This document shows, in pieces, positions 19,819 through 30,025 of a stretch of DNA of 64,000 nt; position 1 is the stretch's first letter; the number at the start of each line of letters is the position of its first letter. The notes beneath the pieces are model-generated. The model was not told where the DNA came from, did not search any database, and saw nothing but the letters and a program-made list of their open reading frames with translations. The stretch spans positions 32,213 through 96,212 of the forward strand of contig CBDCWP010000043.1 in the NCBI GenBank assembly GCA_965223505.1. Reading direction: 5' to 3'. The stretch comes from Planctomycetota bacterium (lineage in GTDB: Bacteria; Planctomycetota; PLA2; JAEUHO01). The position numbers were made by a program, and so were the translations under genes.

Positions 19819-21453
19819 CTAGATCGGACAGACGAGGTTGCCGAGCTCCTCGGTGAGCTTCATGTTCTCGGCGTAGTCCACCGGGCAGTCGATGATCACG
19901 ACCGTGTCGTCCTCGATGGCCTGCTTCAGCGTCGGCAGCAGCTCGTCGGCGGAACCGATGCGGTAGCCCTTCGCCCCGAAGCTCTCCGCGTACTTCACGA
20001 GATCGGGATTGCCGAATTCGATGTGACTCGGCCGGCCGAAGTGGCGCAGCTGGTGCCAGTGAATGAGCCCGTACTCGTTGTCACGCCACACCAGCACGAT
20101 GATCGGCGTTCCGATGCGAAGCGCCGTCTCGATCTCCTGCGAGTTCATGAGGAAGCCCGCGTCGCCGCAAACGGTCAGCGCGACCCGGTCGGGGTAGGCG
20201 ATCTTCGCGGCGATCGTGCCGGGCAGACCGATCGCCATGCTCGCGAACCCGTTCGAGATGATGCAGGTGTTGGGCCGCTCCGCCTTGTAGAGGCGCGCCA
20301 TCCACATCTTGTGCGCGCCGACGTCGCTGATGACGATGTCCTCCGGCGCGAGTGCCTCGCGCAGGTCCCAGATGATGCGCTGCGGCACCATGGGGAACGC
20401 GTCGTTCTCCGCGTGGTCCGTGAGCTGCGCCCGGATCTTTTCGCGCAATGCCGAGATGGCCGGCGGAGACGAGCGCTCGACCTTCGGGGCGAGCTGCTCG
20501 AGCGCGCTCGCGATGTCGCCGACGATGCCCACGCTCAAGATGTAGTGCGCGTCCACCTCCGCGGGCGTCGTGTCGATGTGGATGAGCGTGCGGTCCTTGG
20601 TCGCGTGCCAGAGATGCGGCGCGTACTCGACCATGTCGTAGCCGACGCAGATGATCACGTCGGCCCTGTCGAACCCGCACGCCACGTAGTCGTGCGACTG
20701 CAGTCCGATGGTGCCGAGCGAGAGGGGATGCGTCGCGGGGAGCACCCCCTTGGCCATGAACGTCGTCGCGACCGGCAGGTCGAGGGCCTCCACGAAGCGC
20801 ACGAAATCGTCGGCGGCGCGGGTTCGCACGATGCCGTTCCCGGCCAGCACGACCGGGAACTTCGCGTTCTGGATCAGCTCCGCCGCGCGATCGAGCTTCG
20901 ACTCGGCCGGCTCCGGCAGCGCGGCGCGCTGGACCTTCAAGGGGGCGAGTCCCTCGACGTCCATCGCAGCGATGTTCTCCGGAACGTCGATGAAGCACGC
21001 GCCGGGCTTCTCCGCCTCCGCGACCTTGAAGGCCTTGCGCACGACCTCCGGGATGACCTCCGCCGCGCGCAGCTGGATGCTGTACTTCGTGATCGGCTCG
21101 AACATCCGCACGAGGTCGAGGTGCTGGTGGCTCTCCTTGTGCAGCCGCGTCGTGGCGGCCTGTCCGGAGATCGCGACGAGCGGCGCGCGGTCCATGTTGG
21201 CGTCGGCCACGCCCGTCACGAGGTTGGTCGCCCCCGGGCCAAGGGTCGCGAGACACACGCCGGCCTTGCCCGTCAGGCGGCCGTAGACGTCGGCCATGAA
21301 CGCCGCACCTTGCTCGTGACGTGTCGTGACGAACTGGATCGAGCTGTCGAGCAGCGCGTCCATCACGTCGATGTTCTCTTCGCCGGGAATGCCGAAGATG
21401 TGAGTGACGCCCTCGTTCTCGAGGCATCGAACGAAGAGCTCGGCGGCCTTCAT
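19819..21453 (-). CDS. alsS: acetolactate synthase, catabolic type (AlsS-like thiamine-diphosphate enzyme)
   Basis: High similarity over full length to AlsS-type enzymes (e.g. ...FGNPDLVKYAESFGAKGYRI...IIDCPVDYAENMKL); TPP-binding GDAGF motif. Confidence 0.8.
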   Translation of the reverse strand: MKAAELFVRCLENEGVTHIFGIPGEENIDVMDALLDSSIQFVTTRHEQGAAFMADVYGRLTGKAGVCLATLGPGATNLVTGVADANMDRAPLVAISGQAATTRLHKESHQHLDLVRMFEPITKYSIQLRAAEVIPEVVRKAFKVAEAEKPGACFIDVPENIAAMDVEGLAPLKVQRAALPEPAESKLDRAAELIQNAKFPVVLAGNGIVRTRAADDFVRFVEALDLPVATTFMAKGVLPATHPLSLGTIGLQSHDYVACGFDRADVIICVGYDMVEYAPHLWHATKDRTLIHIDTTPAEVDAHYILSVGIVGDIASALEQLAPKVERSSPPAISALREKIRAQLTDHAENDAFPMVPQRIIWDLREALAPEDIVISDVGAHKMWMARLYKAERPNTCIISNGFASMAIGLPGTIAAKIAYPDRVALTVCGDAGFLMNSQEIETALRIGTPIIVLVWRDNEYGLIHWHQLRHFGRPSHIEFGNPDLVKYAESFGAKGYRIGSADELLPTLKQAIEDDTVVIIDCPVDYAENMKLTEELGNLVCPI

Positions 21454-21561
21454 GGGCGGTCCCTCCCCACACGATGGGGAGCATAGCGCCTGCCCCGGCC
21501 CGTGTCGTTCTCTCTTCCATCGACGGCCGGCGCGTGTCGAGGTTTCAGGTTGGCCGGCTTC

Positions 21562-22392
21562 CTAGAGCGTCGCCCCGCAGGTTTTGCAGTGCCTGGCGTC
21601 GACGTCGTGGCCTTCCTTCGCGCACTGCGGACACACCTGCGTGCTCACCTTCATCTTCTGGGTCACGGACGCCATCTCGACGGAGACGATGCCCGTCGGC
21701 ACTGCGATGATCGCGTAGCCCAGAATCATCACCAACGCGGCCAGGAATCTCCCCAGCGCGGTCACCGGGGCGATGTTGCCGTAGCCCACCGTGGTGAGCG
21801 TCACGATCGCCCAGTACATGCTCTGCGGAATGTTGGTGAAGCCGGAGTCCTCGCCGCCTTCGACGAGATACATCATCGCGCCGACGATGACCACGATGGT
21901 GAGCACCGCGCCGAGAAACACGATGATCTTGCGCGCACTCGCGCGCAGCGCCTCGCGCAGCATGGCCGCCTCGCCCAGGAAGTGGCCCAGCTTCAGGATG
22001 CGGAAGATACGCAGAAGCCGCAGCGCGCGAATGACGATCAACGACTGCGTGCCCGCGAACACCAGGCTCAGATACGTCGGCAGGATCGCGAGCAGGTCGA
22101 CGACCCCGAAGAAGCTCTTCGCGTAGCGAATCGGGCGGCCGACACAGATCAGGCGCAGCAGGTACTCGAGCGTGAACAGAACCGTGAGGGTCCACTCGAT
22201 GGTGCGCAGCAGCGGACCGTGTCGAGCCTGGATCTCCACGACGCTCTCGAGGCACACCGCGACGATGCTGAGGACGATCGCGCCGAGCAGCGCCACGTCG
22301 AACGCCTTTCCGCCGGGCGTATCCGCCTCGAAGATGATCGTGTGCAGGCCGTGCCGCCACGGCGAGAGGGACTTGTCCGGCGTGTCCGTCAT
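21562..22392 (-). CDS. voltage-gated K+ channel (6TM Kv-type) with C-terminal zinc-ribbon
   Basis: S4 RALRLLRIFRILK, selectivity filter TVGYG, C-terminal CPQC...CKTC. Confidence 0.85.
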   Translation of the reverse strand: MTDTPDKSLSPWRHGLHTIIFEADTPGGKAFDVALLGAIVLSIVAVCLESVVEIQARHGPLLRTIEWTLTVLFTLEYLLRLICVGRPIRYAKSFFGVVDLLAILPTYLSLVFAGTQSLIVIRALRLLRIFRILKLGHFLGEAAMLREALRASARKIIVFLGAVLTIVVIVGAMMYLVEGGEDSGFTNIPQSMYWAIVTLTTVGYGNIAPVTALGRFLAALVMILGYAIIAVPTGIVSVEMASVTQKMKVSTQVCPQCAKEGHDVDARHCKTCGATL

Positions 22393-22440
22393 GCCCGCGG
22401 GATTGTCGGTGCCCTGTCCGACGGTGCGCAGCCGGACCGC

Positions 22441-24843
22441 CTAGCAGGCGTACAGGGGCCAGGCCATCGGCAGGAAGATCAGCACGACGATCAGCAGCAC
22501 GATCGTGAGCGGCAGGCCGACCCGCAGGTAGTCGGCGAAGCGATAGCCCCCGGGGCCCATGACGAGCACGTTGGCCGGGTGGCCGACTGGACTCATCACG
22601 GCGGCGGACGCGGCAACGGCCACCGTCATCATCAGCGCGTACGGGTTCATGCCGAGGTCCTTGGAGGCGCTCAGCGCGATCGGCGCCATGAGGACGGCCA
22701 CAGCCGGGTTCGGCATGATCTGCGTCGAGATGTTGGTCACCAGGAACAGCCCGGAGATGACGGCGACCCAGCCGATCGGCTCGAGCACCGACATGACGCC
22801 GTGCGCGATCCACGCGGCGGCGCCCGAGTTCTCCATCGCGATGCCAAGCGGCAGCATACCGGCGATCAGGAACACGGCCTTCCATTCGATGTAGCCGTAG
22901 GCCTCGTCCATCTTGAGGCAGCCGGTCAGCACCATCAGCGCCGCGCCGCCCACCGCGGCGACGGCGATCGGCAGCAAGCCGAACAACACCGGCAGCAGCA
23001 CGGCCGCCATGATCAGCATGGCCAGTGTGGCCCGCTCGCTTCGCGGCGCCTGCTGCGCCTCCCCGCGCAGCACGATGTAGTCCGGTTCCGCGCCCAGCAG
23101 GGCCAGCTTCTCGCGCGGTCCGTAGACGACGAGCGCGTCGCCCGACCGGATGGGGACGTCGGCCAACCGCGAACGGCGTGCCTTGCCCTCGTGCCACAAC
23201 GCCAGAGCCGTGAGCCCGTACCGTTCTCGAAACGTCAGCTCCCGCAGCGTTCGTCCGGCGAGACGCGTGTGCGGCGAGAGGATCACTTCCGACAAGCCGA
23301 CCCGCGGCGACTCCACGACCTCGAGCTCGGGCGGGATCTCGTCTTCGATGCGAAGACCCTGCAGCGCGAGCAGCAGCGAGAACATCTCCTCGCGGCCTTG
23401 GACGATCAGCGTGTCGTCGCCTTCCAGGGGCGTGTCCCGGCCGGGCATCTGCAAGACGGTGTCGCCGCGCCGGATGGACAGCACGACGAGGTCGAATCCG
23501 CTGCTCAGGTTGCTCTCCGCCAGCGTCACGCCGGTGAGCACGCTGTCTTCGGGCAGTCGCAAGCCCAGCAGCCGCGCTCCGACGTGGTAGCGGGTCTCCG
23601 CCTGCTTCGCCGAGAGCGCCTCGACCGTGGCGATGTCCGCGTCGGCTTCCAGCCCGTCGAGGCCCGCGAGCGGCGCCTGCAGCAGCAGCTTCGTCTCCGA
23701 CGTGAACGAGATGTCCTGCAGGTCGGTCCGGATCAGTGTGTCGCTCAGCCGAATGGCCAGCACGTTCGCGCCGAAGCGCTGCCGGAACTTCGCGCGGCGA
23801 AGCGTGCTGCCGACGAGCCTGCCCTCCGGCTCGATCGTCACCTCGCCCAGCGCGACCTCGTCGGAGATGAGCGACTCGACGGTCGGATGCGCGCCGGCAC
23901 GTCGGGTGTGTTCCCACGCCCGCAGCCGCTCGAGCCACTCCCGGCGACCGGCGACGAGGTAGCGGTCGTCCGTCTGAAAGCGCCGAAAGTGCTCGGGCGC
24001 GCGCATGACGCGACCCCCTCGCTCGCGCGCGATCACGTTCAACCCCAGGGCGGTGCTCAGGCGCGCCTCGGCCAGGGGCAAGCCGTCGAGCTTCGACCGC
24101 TTCGGCACGTGGACGACGAAGAGGCGCTCTTTGAGGTCGAACAGCTCGGTGACATCGTCCGGTCGCGCCGTCGTGGCGGACTGTGCCGTGTCGCGCTCCG
24201 GCAAGAGACGCTTGCCGAAGTACGCCATGTACACCACGCCGGCGATCAACAAGGGCACGCCGATCAGGGCGAACTCGAACATGCCGAACGGCTCGAGATC
24301 GCCGAACTGTTCGACATCCGCGGACTCGAGCGCCGCGCTGGCGAGGATGTTGGGCGGAGTGCCGATCAGCGTGCACAGGCCGCCCAGCAGCGATCCGTAC
24401 GCCAACGGGATGAGCAGCTTCGAGGGTGCGCGGTTCGTTCGTTTGGCGATGTCCATCACGACCGGCAGCAGCATGGCGGCGACACCGACGTTGTTCATGA
24501 ACGCCGACAGCACACCGGTGGTGAGCATCAACACGATGATCAGCCGTGTTTCGCCGTCGCCGGCGATGCGCAGAACGTGCTTGCCGATGCGGCCCGAGAC
24601 GCCGGTTCGCGAGAGTCCCCCGCTCAGCACGAAGACCGCCCAGACGGTGATCACGGCGGGGTTGCTGAACCCGGACAGGGCCTCGCCCGAGGTCACGAGC
24701 TTCTCCGGATCGGTCAGCAGACCCGCGATCGCGAGGACGACCAGGACGAGCAACGCGACGAGGTCCACACGCAGCAGCTCGGTGACGAACAGCACCAGGG
24801 CCGCCACCAGAATGCCGAGGACGATGCCGATTTCGAGCGTCAC
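22441..24843 (-). CDS. SLC13/DASS family permease with two central TrkA_C (RCK-C) domains
   Basis: N- and C-terminal polytopic CitMHS/DASS-like halves flanking two ~70-aa TrkA_C-like segments; 800 aa. Confidence 0.8.
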   Translation of the reverse strand: MTLEIGIVLGILVAALVLFVTELLRVDLVALLVLVVLAIAGLLTDPEKLVTSGEALSGFSNPAVITVWAVFVLSGGLSRTGVSGRIGKHVLRIAGDGETRLIIVLMLTTGVLSAFMNNVGVAAMLLPVVMDIAKRTNRAPSKLLIPLAYGSLLGGLCTLIGTPPNILASAALESADVEQFGDLEPFGMFEFALIGVPLLIAGVVYMAYFGKRLLPERDTAQSATTARPDDVTELFDLKERLFVVHVPKRSKLDGLPLAEARLSTALGLNVIARERGGRVMRAPEHFRRFQTDDRYLVAGRREWLERLRAWEHTRRAGAHPTVESLISDEVALGEVTIEPEGRLVGSTLRRAKFRQRFGANVLAIRLSDTLIRTDLQDISFTSETKLLLQAPLAGLDGLEADADIATVEALSAKQAETRYHVGARLLGLRLPEDSVLTGVTLAESNLSSGFDLVVLSIRRGDTVLQMPGRDTPLEGDDTLIVQGREEMFSLLLALQGLRIEDEIPPELEVVESPRVGLSEVILSPHTRLAGRTLRELTFRERYGLTALALWHEGKARRSRLADVPIRSGDALVVYGPREKLALLGAEPDYIVLRGEAQQAPRSERATLAMLIMAAVLLPVLFGLLPIAVAAVGGAALMVLTGCLKMDEAYGYIEWKAVFLIAGMLPLGIAMENSGAAAWIAHGVMSVLEPIGWVAVISGLFLVTNISTQIMPNPAVAVLMAPIALSASKDLGMNPYALMMTVAVAASAAVMSPVGHPANVLVMGPGGYRFADYLRVGLPLTIVLLIVVLIFLPMAWPLYAC

Positions 24844-25165
24844 GGGGCGCCTGTTCTACGGGACCGACGTCTTTCCATCCATCCACCGCGGTCTTCGTCG
24901 TGTCGTGGGTCAGTTTGCGGATCCGCGCGTGCATGCGGCTTGCCGGATGCTCGTCGGCGCTTCGCCGACCGCCCCGCTCTCGTCCTTGCGTGGACTGCCA
25001 CGCGGCGTCCTCATTGGCCTTGCGGCGACTTCGCCCCGACAAGCCGACCACGACCGGGCAGTCCCTGCGACGGCACTTGCCGCCGCCGATCTGCCCCTCC
25101 GTCAACGTGACCCACTACCTTCGTCGTTGCGATCGACGCCGCGACCGCGGAAGATCCCCCAATTC

Positions 25166-26050
25166 ATGAAACTCGGTCTCCTGACCGCACTGACGCTGAC
25201 CGCCTTTGCCGCCAACTCGCTGTTGTGCCGCGGCGCGCTCGACGTCGAGAACGTGGACGCAGCCGCCTTCACGCTGCTGCGCCTCGGCGCGGGCGCGATC
25301 GTCCTCTTCGTGTTGCTCGCCGTGCGCGGTCGGGTTCGCCCCGCGGCAGCCGCGGGGTCGTGGATCTCCGCGTGGGCGTTGTTCGGCTACGCGGTGCTGT
25401 TCTCGTTCGCGTACCGCACGATTTCCGCCGGCGCGGGCGCGCTCGTGCTCTTCGCGGCCGTACAGATCACGATGCTCATCGCGGCCGTGCGGTCGGGCGA
25501 GGGTCCGCGCGCCGTTGGATGGCTCGGGCTCGCGATCGCGATCGGCGGGTTGGTCGTGCTGACACGTCCGGGCGCAGAGGCCCCCGATCTCGCCGGCGTC
25601 GTTCTCATGGCCGGCAGCGGCATCTCGTGGGGCGTCTACAGCCTTCGCGGTCGTCACGCCACGAACGCGTCCGATGCGACGACGATGAACTTCGTCTTCG
25701 CGACGCTCATCGCGCTGCCGATCTGCTTCTTCGCCCATCCGATCGGCTCGCCGCCGGAAGGCCCCTCCGCGACCAGCGCGGCCGGAATGGCGTATGCGAT
25801 CGTGTCCGGCGCGGTGACGTCGGGTCTCGGATACACGCTCTGGTACGCCGTCCTCCCGACGCTCGGCGCGACGCGCGCCTCGGTATTGCAGCTCGCCGTG
25901 CCCGTGATCGCGACGCTGGGAGGGGCGGCCTTGCTTCACGAGCTCATCACGACGCGGGTCGTGATCGCGTCGCTCATGATCCTCGGTGGCATCGCCGTCG
26001 TGTTGGTCGCCGGTCGGCGCCCTAGTCGCGGCGCTTCAGCTGAATCGTGA
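25166..26050 (+). CDS. EamA family (DMT superfamily) transporter
   Basis: Ten TM helices in two EamA repeats; start at MKLGLLTALTL within larger artefactual ORF. Confidence 0.8.
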   Translation: MKLGLLTALTLTAFAANSLLCRGALDVENVDAAAFTLLRLGAGAIVLFVLLAVRGRVRPAAAAGSWISAWALFGYAVLFSFAYRTISAGAGALVLFAAVQITMLIAAVRSGEGPRAVGWLGLAIAIGGLVVLTRPGAEAPDLAGVVLMAGSGISWGVYSLRGRHATNASDATTMNFVFATLIALPICFFAHPIGSPPEGPSATSAAGMAYAIVSGAVTSGLGYTLWYAVLPTLGATRASVLQLAVPVIATLGGAALLHELITTRVVIASLMILGGIAVVLVAGRRPSRGASAES

Positions 26051-27908
26051 GCTCGAGGTGCTGTCCTCGAGCGAGGTCGAGCGAGCGGTCCGGGATCTTC
26101 CGGTATCCGTCGGGCGTCGGAACGACGAGACGGTAGCGACCCGGGCCCGGCGCGCGGACGTGCAGCTGCTGTGACCCGCGGTCGAACCACAGGTCCGTTT
26201 GGTCCTCGCCGTCTTCGTCGTAGAGCTGCGGGTAGCGGATCTTGTCGATCGGAACGACCGTCTCCCCCTCCCGGAAACGAAGCGTCACGGACTCGGTGTG
26301 TTCGAGCAGGAGCGTCAGCTCGTTCGATCCGCTGGATGCGGTCAGCTCCCGCTCCGCTTCCCGGAACAACGGGCCGGCGGCCTCCACCCGCAGCTTGCCG
26401 ACGGGTACGTGCGCGATCCACACGGCCTGCTCGGGATCCCACGCGAACGACCCGCGCGAGCGCATCTTCGCGCCCCGTGTGAAGTCGACCTCGATGCCGG
26501 TCGTGATCGCGTCGTCGCGTGCGTCCACGACCTTCACGCGCAGCTCGCAGATCTCGGGCACCGCGACGACGGCATCCTCGAGCCCGTCGTTGCCGACCTC
26601 GAACGTCGCCGAGACGGCGACGGGCATGACGGTCACGGTCCAGGTGCCGGTCGTGATCTCGCCCGCACTCCAACGCAGAAAGCCGGGCTGCTTGGGGTCG
26701 GCCTTCAGCTGCTTCGCTTCGATGATGATCATGCGCCGGGGCGCGGCGGGGTCCTCGGTCGTCACCCAGAGGAACAAGGGCGTTGGACCGCGTCTTGCAT
26801 GCGTTCGCAGCACACCGGATAGCGGGACCGTGCGGACGTCGGGCGAAGGTGCGAGCTCCAGCGTGATCGATGAGCGCTCCCCGGAACGAACCTCGATGCG
26901 TGCCTCCGCCAGCTCGGGCGTCGCTACACGATTGCCGCGATAGCGACCGCCGAGAGCGCGAATCCAGTAGGGTCCGGGCGGCAACCCCTCGATGATCACC
27001 GGCTCGTGACCGGCGAGGCGAAACTCCAGATGATCCCATTCCGCCCTGTCCCGAGCGGCTGACCGGTCGCGCGCGACCAGCCACGCGTTCTTGCCCGGCA
27101 GCGCACCGCTGAAGTGAACCTCCAGATCGCCACCGCGCCGAAGCGCGACGCGATGCTCGCCCCCGACGCGGTGATCCACGGCAACGTGGCCCCAGGCGTA
27201 GCCCGCGGCGCGCACGTACCACGTCGGCGTGCCGTCGCGGTCGGGAAGCGTGACGGGCGAGTCGAGGTCCTCGGCGACGAGACGCTCCTGCCACCCTTCG
27301 CTCGGGTGCAAACGGGTGTCGTCGAAGCGGTCGGCTTGAACGAGCGTCAGGCCCGTCATGGGGCGCCCGGTCTCCTCGTCTTCCACGTGCAACACCGACG
27401 GCAGCGGCCACCACGCTTCGACGAGGACGTCTTCGCCCGGCGTGACCGGGATCTCCTCCCACGTCGCGCACGCCATGCGACCGCCGATCTTCAGGTCGGC
27501 CACGTCGATCCCCAGCGGCTGCGACGCCTCGACGCTGAAGCGCCCCTTCTCGACGCGCACGAAGGACTCGAACCGGCCGGCGCGCGTGCGCACGTCGATC
27601 GTGAACGTGCCCGACTCCTGCGTGTGCGCCTCGCCCTCCGCGTCCCTCACGACCAACATGCCGCGGAGGATCCCGCCGTTCGACTCGGCGTCGGTCCGGG
27701 TCGGATCGACGTCGCGTGCCGGCGTCGGCGCCGCCCCGGTCGAGGGCGCACCTTCCAACATCGGCGCGTTCGGATTCTCGTCCGAGGTCGTCGTCCCATT
27801 GCCGCCGCCCTCCGGCGCGACGTCGCCGGCGGAAAACGCGACGAACGCCGCCACGCCCAGGCAGGCGAGCAGCAGAGCGGCGAGCAACAGGCGTGCGGGC
27901 GCGGGCAT
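26022..27908 (-). CDS. secreted hypothetical protein (628 aa) with carboxypeptidase-regulatory-like beta-sandwich repeats
   Basis: Signal peptide MPAPARLLLAALLLACLGVAAFVAF; repeated beta-rich modules. Confidence 0.55.
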   Translation of the reverse strand: MPAPARLLLAALLLACLGVAAFVAFSAGDVAPEGGGNGTTTSDENPNAPMLEGAPSTGAAPTPARDVDPTRTDAESNGGILRGMLVVRDAEGEAHTQESGTFTIDVRTRAGRFESFVRVEKGRFSVEASQPLGIDVADLKIGGRMACATWEEIPVTPGEDVLVEAWWPLPSVLHVEDEETGRPMTGLTLVQADRFDDTRLHPSEGWQERLVAEDLDSPVTLPDRDGTPTWYVRAAGYAWGHVAVDHRVGGEHRVALRRGGDLEVHFSGALPGKNAWLVARDRSAARDRAEWDHLEFRLAGHEPVIIEGLPPGPYWIRALGGRYRGNRVATPELAEARIEVRSGERSSITLELAPSPDVRTVPLSGVLRTHARRGPTPLFLWVTTEDPAAPRRMIIIEAKQLKADPKQPGFLRWSAGEITTGTWTVTVMPVAVSATFEVGNDGLEDAVVAVPEICELRVKVVDARDDAITTGIEVDFTRGAKMRSRGSFAWDPEQAVWIAHVPVGKLRVEAAGPLFREAERELTASSGSNELTLLLEHTESVTLRFREGETVVPIDKIRYPQLYDEDGEDQTDLWFDRGSQQLHVRAPGPGRYRLVVPTPDGYRKIPDRSLDLARGQHLELTIQLKRRD

Positions 27909-28039
27909 GGCCCTATTGGACCGGATTCACGCGCGGCTTGTTTGTCCAGGTTTTCGAGATAATTATTTAGACAAATCGGTCACCTCGACCAGGATCCCCG
28001 CTGCGAGGACGCATTTCCGACCTCGCCCGGAGCCCGGCC

Positions 28040-29010
28040 ATGCCGCAGCGCGTCTTTTCCTTCCTGGTGTTGATCCTCATGACGATTCCCACGTCCCTCG
28101 CGTCCGCCGACGTGCTCGCCGCGCCAAGCCGCGACCGCTTGCTCACGGACTTCACGGCGGCCACGCCGAATCTCGGCTGGTACGTCGTCAACGACAACGT
28201 GATGGGGGGGCGCAGCCGCGGCGGCTTCGAGACGGACGCAGGCGAGCTTCTCTTCGAGGGCCGCACCAACACGAACGGCGGCGGGTTCAGCTCGATTCGC
28301 ACACGTTCGTTTCGCGCGGACCTGTCGAACCACGAGGGCATCCGGATCCGCGTCAAGGCGGACGGCCGCACGTACACCTGGCGGCTGACGACCGATGCGC
28401 GGTACCGCGGTCGGCCGGTGAGCTACTGGGCGGACTTCGAGACGCGCAAGGGAGAGTGGGTCGACGCACGCATCCCGTTCTCTCGTTTCAAGCCGCAGTT
28501 CCGCGGCATGAAGCTGAAGGGCCCGAAGCTCGATCCGAAGCGCATTCGGGGCATGGGGTTGATGATCTACGACAAGCGCGACGGCGCGTTCGAGCTTCGG
28601 CTCGACAGTGTCCACGCCTACAGCGCCAAGCCGTCGTCCGCGCTCGCGAAGTACCGCTCGACGCGGCGCGTGCTCGTGCTCTTCGCACCGACGCTGGAGG
28701 ACGAACGGCTCGTCCAGCAGCTGTTCGACATCGGCCGCACGCAGGAGGACTTCGATGCGCGCGACATGACGCTGGTCGTCGTCAGCGGAAACACCGGCTG
28801 GTCGTCGGCGGGGACGCGCTCCCGAAGTCCGAGGTCGCCTCGCTTCGAGAGACGTTCGACGTCGACAAGCCGGCGTTCGGGCTGCGGCTCGTCGGGAAAG
28901 ACGGCGGCACGAAACGATCCGCAAGCGAGCCGATGTCGATGGAATCGCTGTACGCGTTGATCGACACGATGCCGATGCGCCGCGCCGAGATGCGCGAGCG
29001 CGGCCGGTAG
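28040..29010 (+). CDS. CIA30-domain + DUF4174 (thioredoxin-like) secreted protein, apparent frameshift in GGGG run near 28829-28832
   Basis: CIA30 motifs NVMGGRSRGGFE...LFEG...NGGGFSS; DUF4174 C-term LVGKDGGTKRSASEPMSMESLYALIDTMPMRRAEM continues in +1 frame after ...DMTLVVVSGNTGW. Confidence 0.55.
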
Positions 29011-29028
29011 TCGGCCGCGCCGCTTGCC

Positions 29029-29913
29029 ATGGGAGATTCCGTGTCGCTTCGCATTTTCGTTTCGTTGGCGATCACGATCGCCGCTGTGCCGCTCTCGGGT
29101 TGCCAGAACCGCATCCGGATCGCCACGCCCGGGCCGGTCGTCGCGAAGCAGCCTGCGACCCCTCGCGGCGAAGCCGATTGTCTCGTCGCGTCGAAGTGCC
29201 TCTGGACCTGCGGCCCGCGTCGCGGTCGTCCGTGGCACCCTTGGCAGGTGGAGCTCGAGGGCGGGCCCGTTTGGCAGACCCGCAACGACGTCGCGTTCCC
29301 CGGCGACACCGGGACGCGGTTCGCACTCGACGAGCTGACGGGATCCGGACCCTTTCCCTACGGTCGCGTCACCGTCGACTATCAGATCGATCCGCGGCAC
29401 GGCGTGCGCGCGGTCATCGCGCCGTTGACGATCTCGGAGACCGGCACGCTCGACGAGTCCGTCGTCTTCGGCGGTCAGACGTTCGCCGCCGGGGCGCGGA
29501 CCAAGGCGAAGTACACGTTCAACTCCTATCGTCTGACCTACCGCTACCTCCTCTGGTGTTGCGACGACTGGTCGCTGCACGTCGGCGCCACGGCGAAGAT
29601 CCGCGACGCCCAGATCGAGCTCTCCCAGGGCGGGACGACGCGGCGGACGACGGACCTCGGCTTCGTGCCGTTGCTCCATGTCGGGTTCGAGAAGCGGATC
29701 GCGCCGCGCTGGCGCTTCACGGCCGATCTCGACGCGGCCGCCGCGCCCCAAGGCCGCGCCTTCGACTTCGCCGCGAAGCTCCACTACGACATCGACGACC
29801 GCTGGAGCATCGGCGCGGGCTACCGAACGATCGAGGGCGGCGCCGACAACGACACCGTGTATACCTTTGCGTGGCTGCACCAGGCGCTCGTTTCGGTGAC
29901 GTATCGATTCTGA
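29029..29913 (+). CDS. outer-membrane beta-barrel lipoprotein (hypothetical)
   Basis: Lipobox LSGC; alternating beta-strand pattern; C-terminal ...VSVTYRF aromatic terminus typical of OMP barrels. Confidence 0.55.
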   Translation: MGDSVSLRIFVSLAITIAAVPLSGCQNRIRIATPGPVVAKQPATPRGEADCLVASKCLWTCGPRRGRPWHPWQVELEGGPVWQTRNDVAFPGDTGTRFALDELTGSGPFPYGRVTVDYQIDPRHGVRAVIAPLTISETGTLDESVVFGGQTFAAGARTKAKYTFNSYRLTYRYLLWCCDDWSLHVGATAKIRDAQIELSQGGTTRRTTDLGFVPLLHVGFEKRIAPRWRFTADLDAAAAPQGRAFDFAAKLHYDIDDRWSIGAGYRTIEGGADNDTVYTFAWLHQALVSVTYRF

Positions 29914-30025
29914 CGATGGCCCGCCGGATCGAGATCGTTCACACTCCCGCGTACGCGCGGCCCCACCCGCCGCTTCCCTTATGCTCCCCCCGATGCCGCC
30001 CCCCGAAACGAGGAGAAGAGTCGAC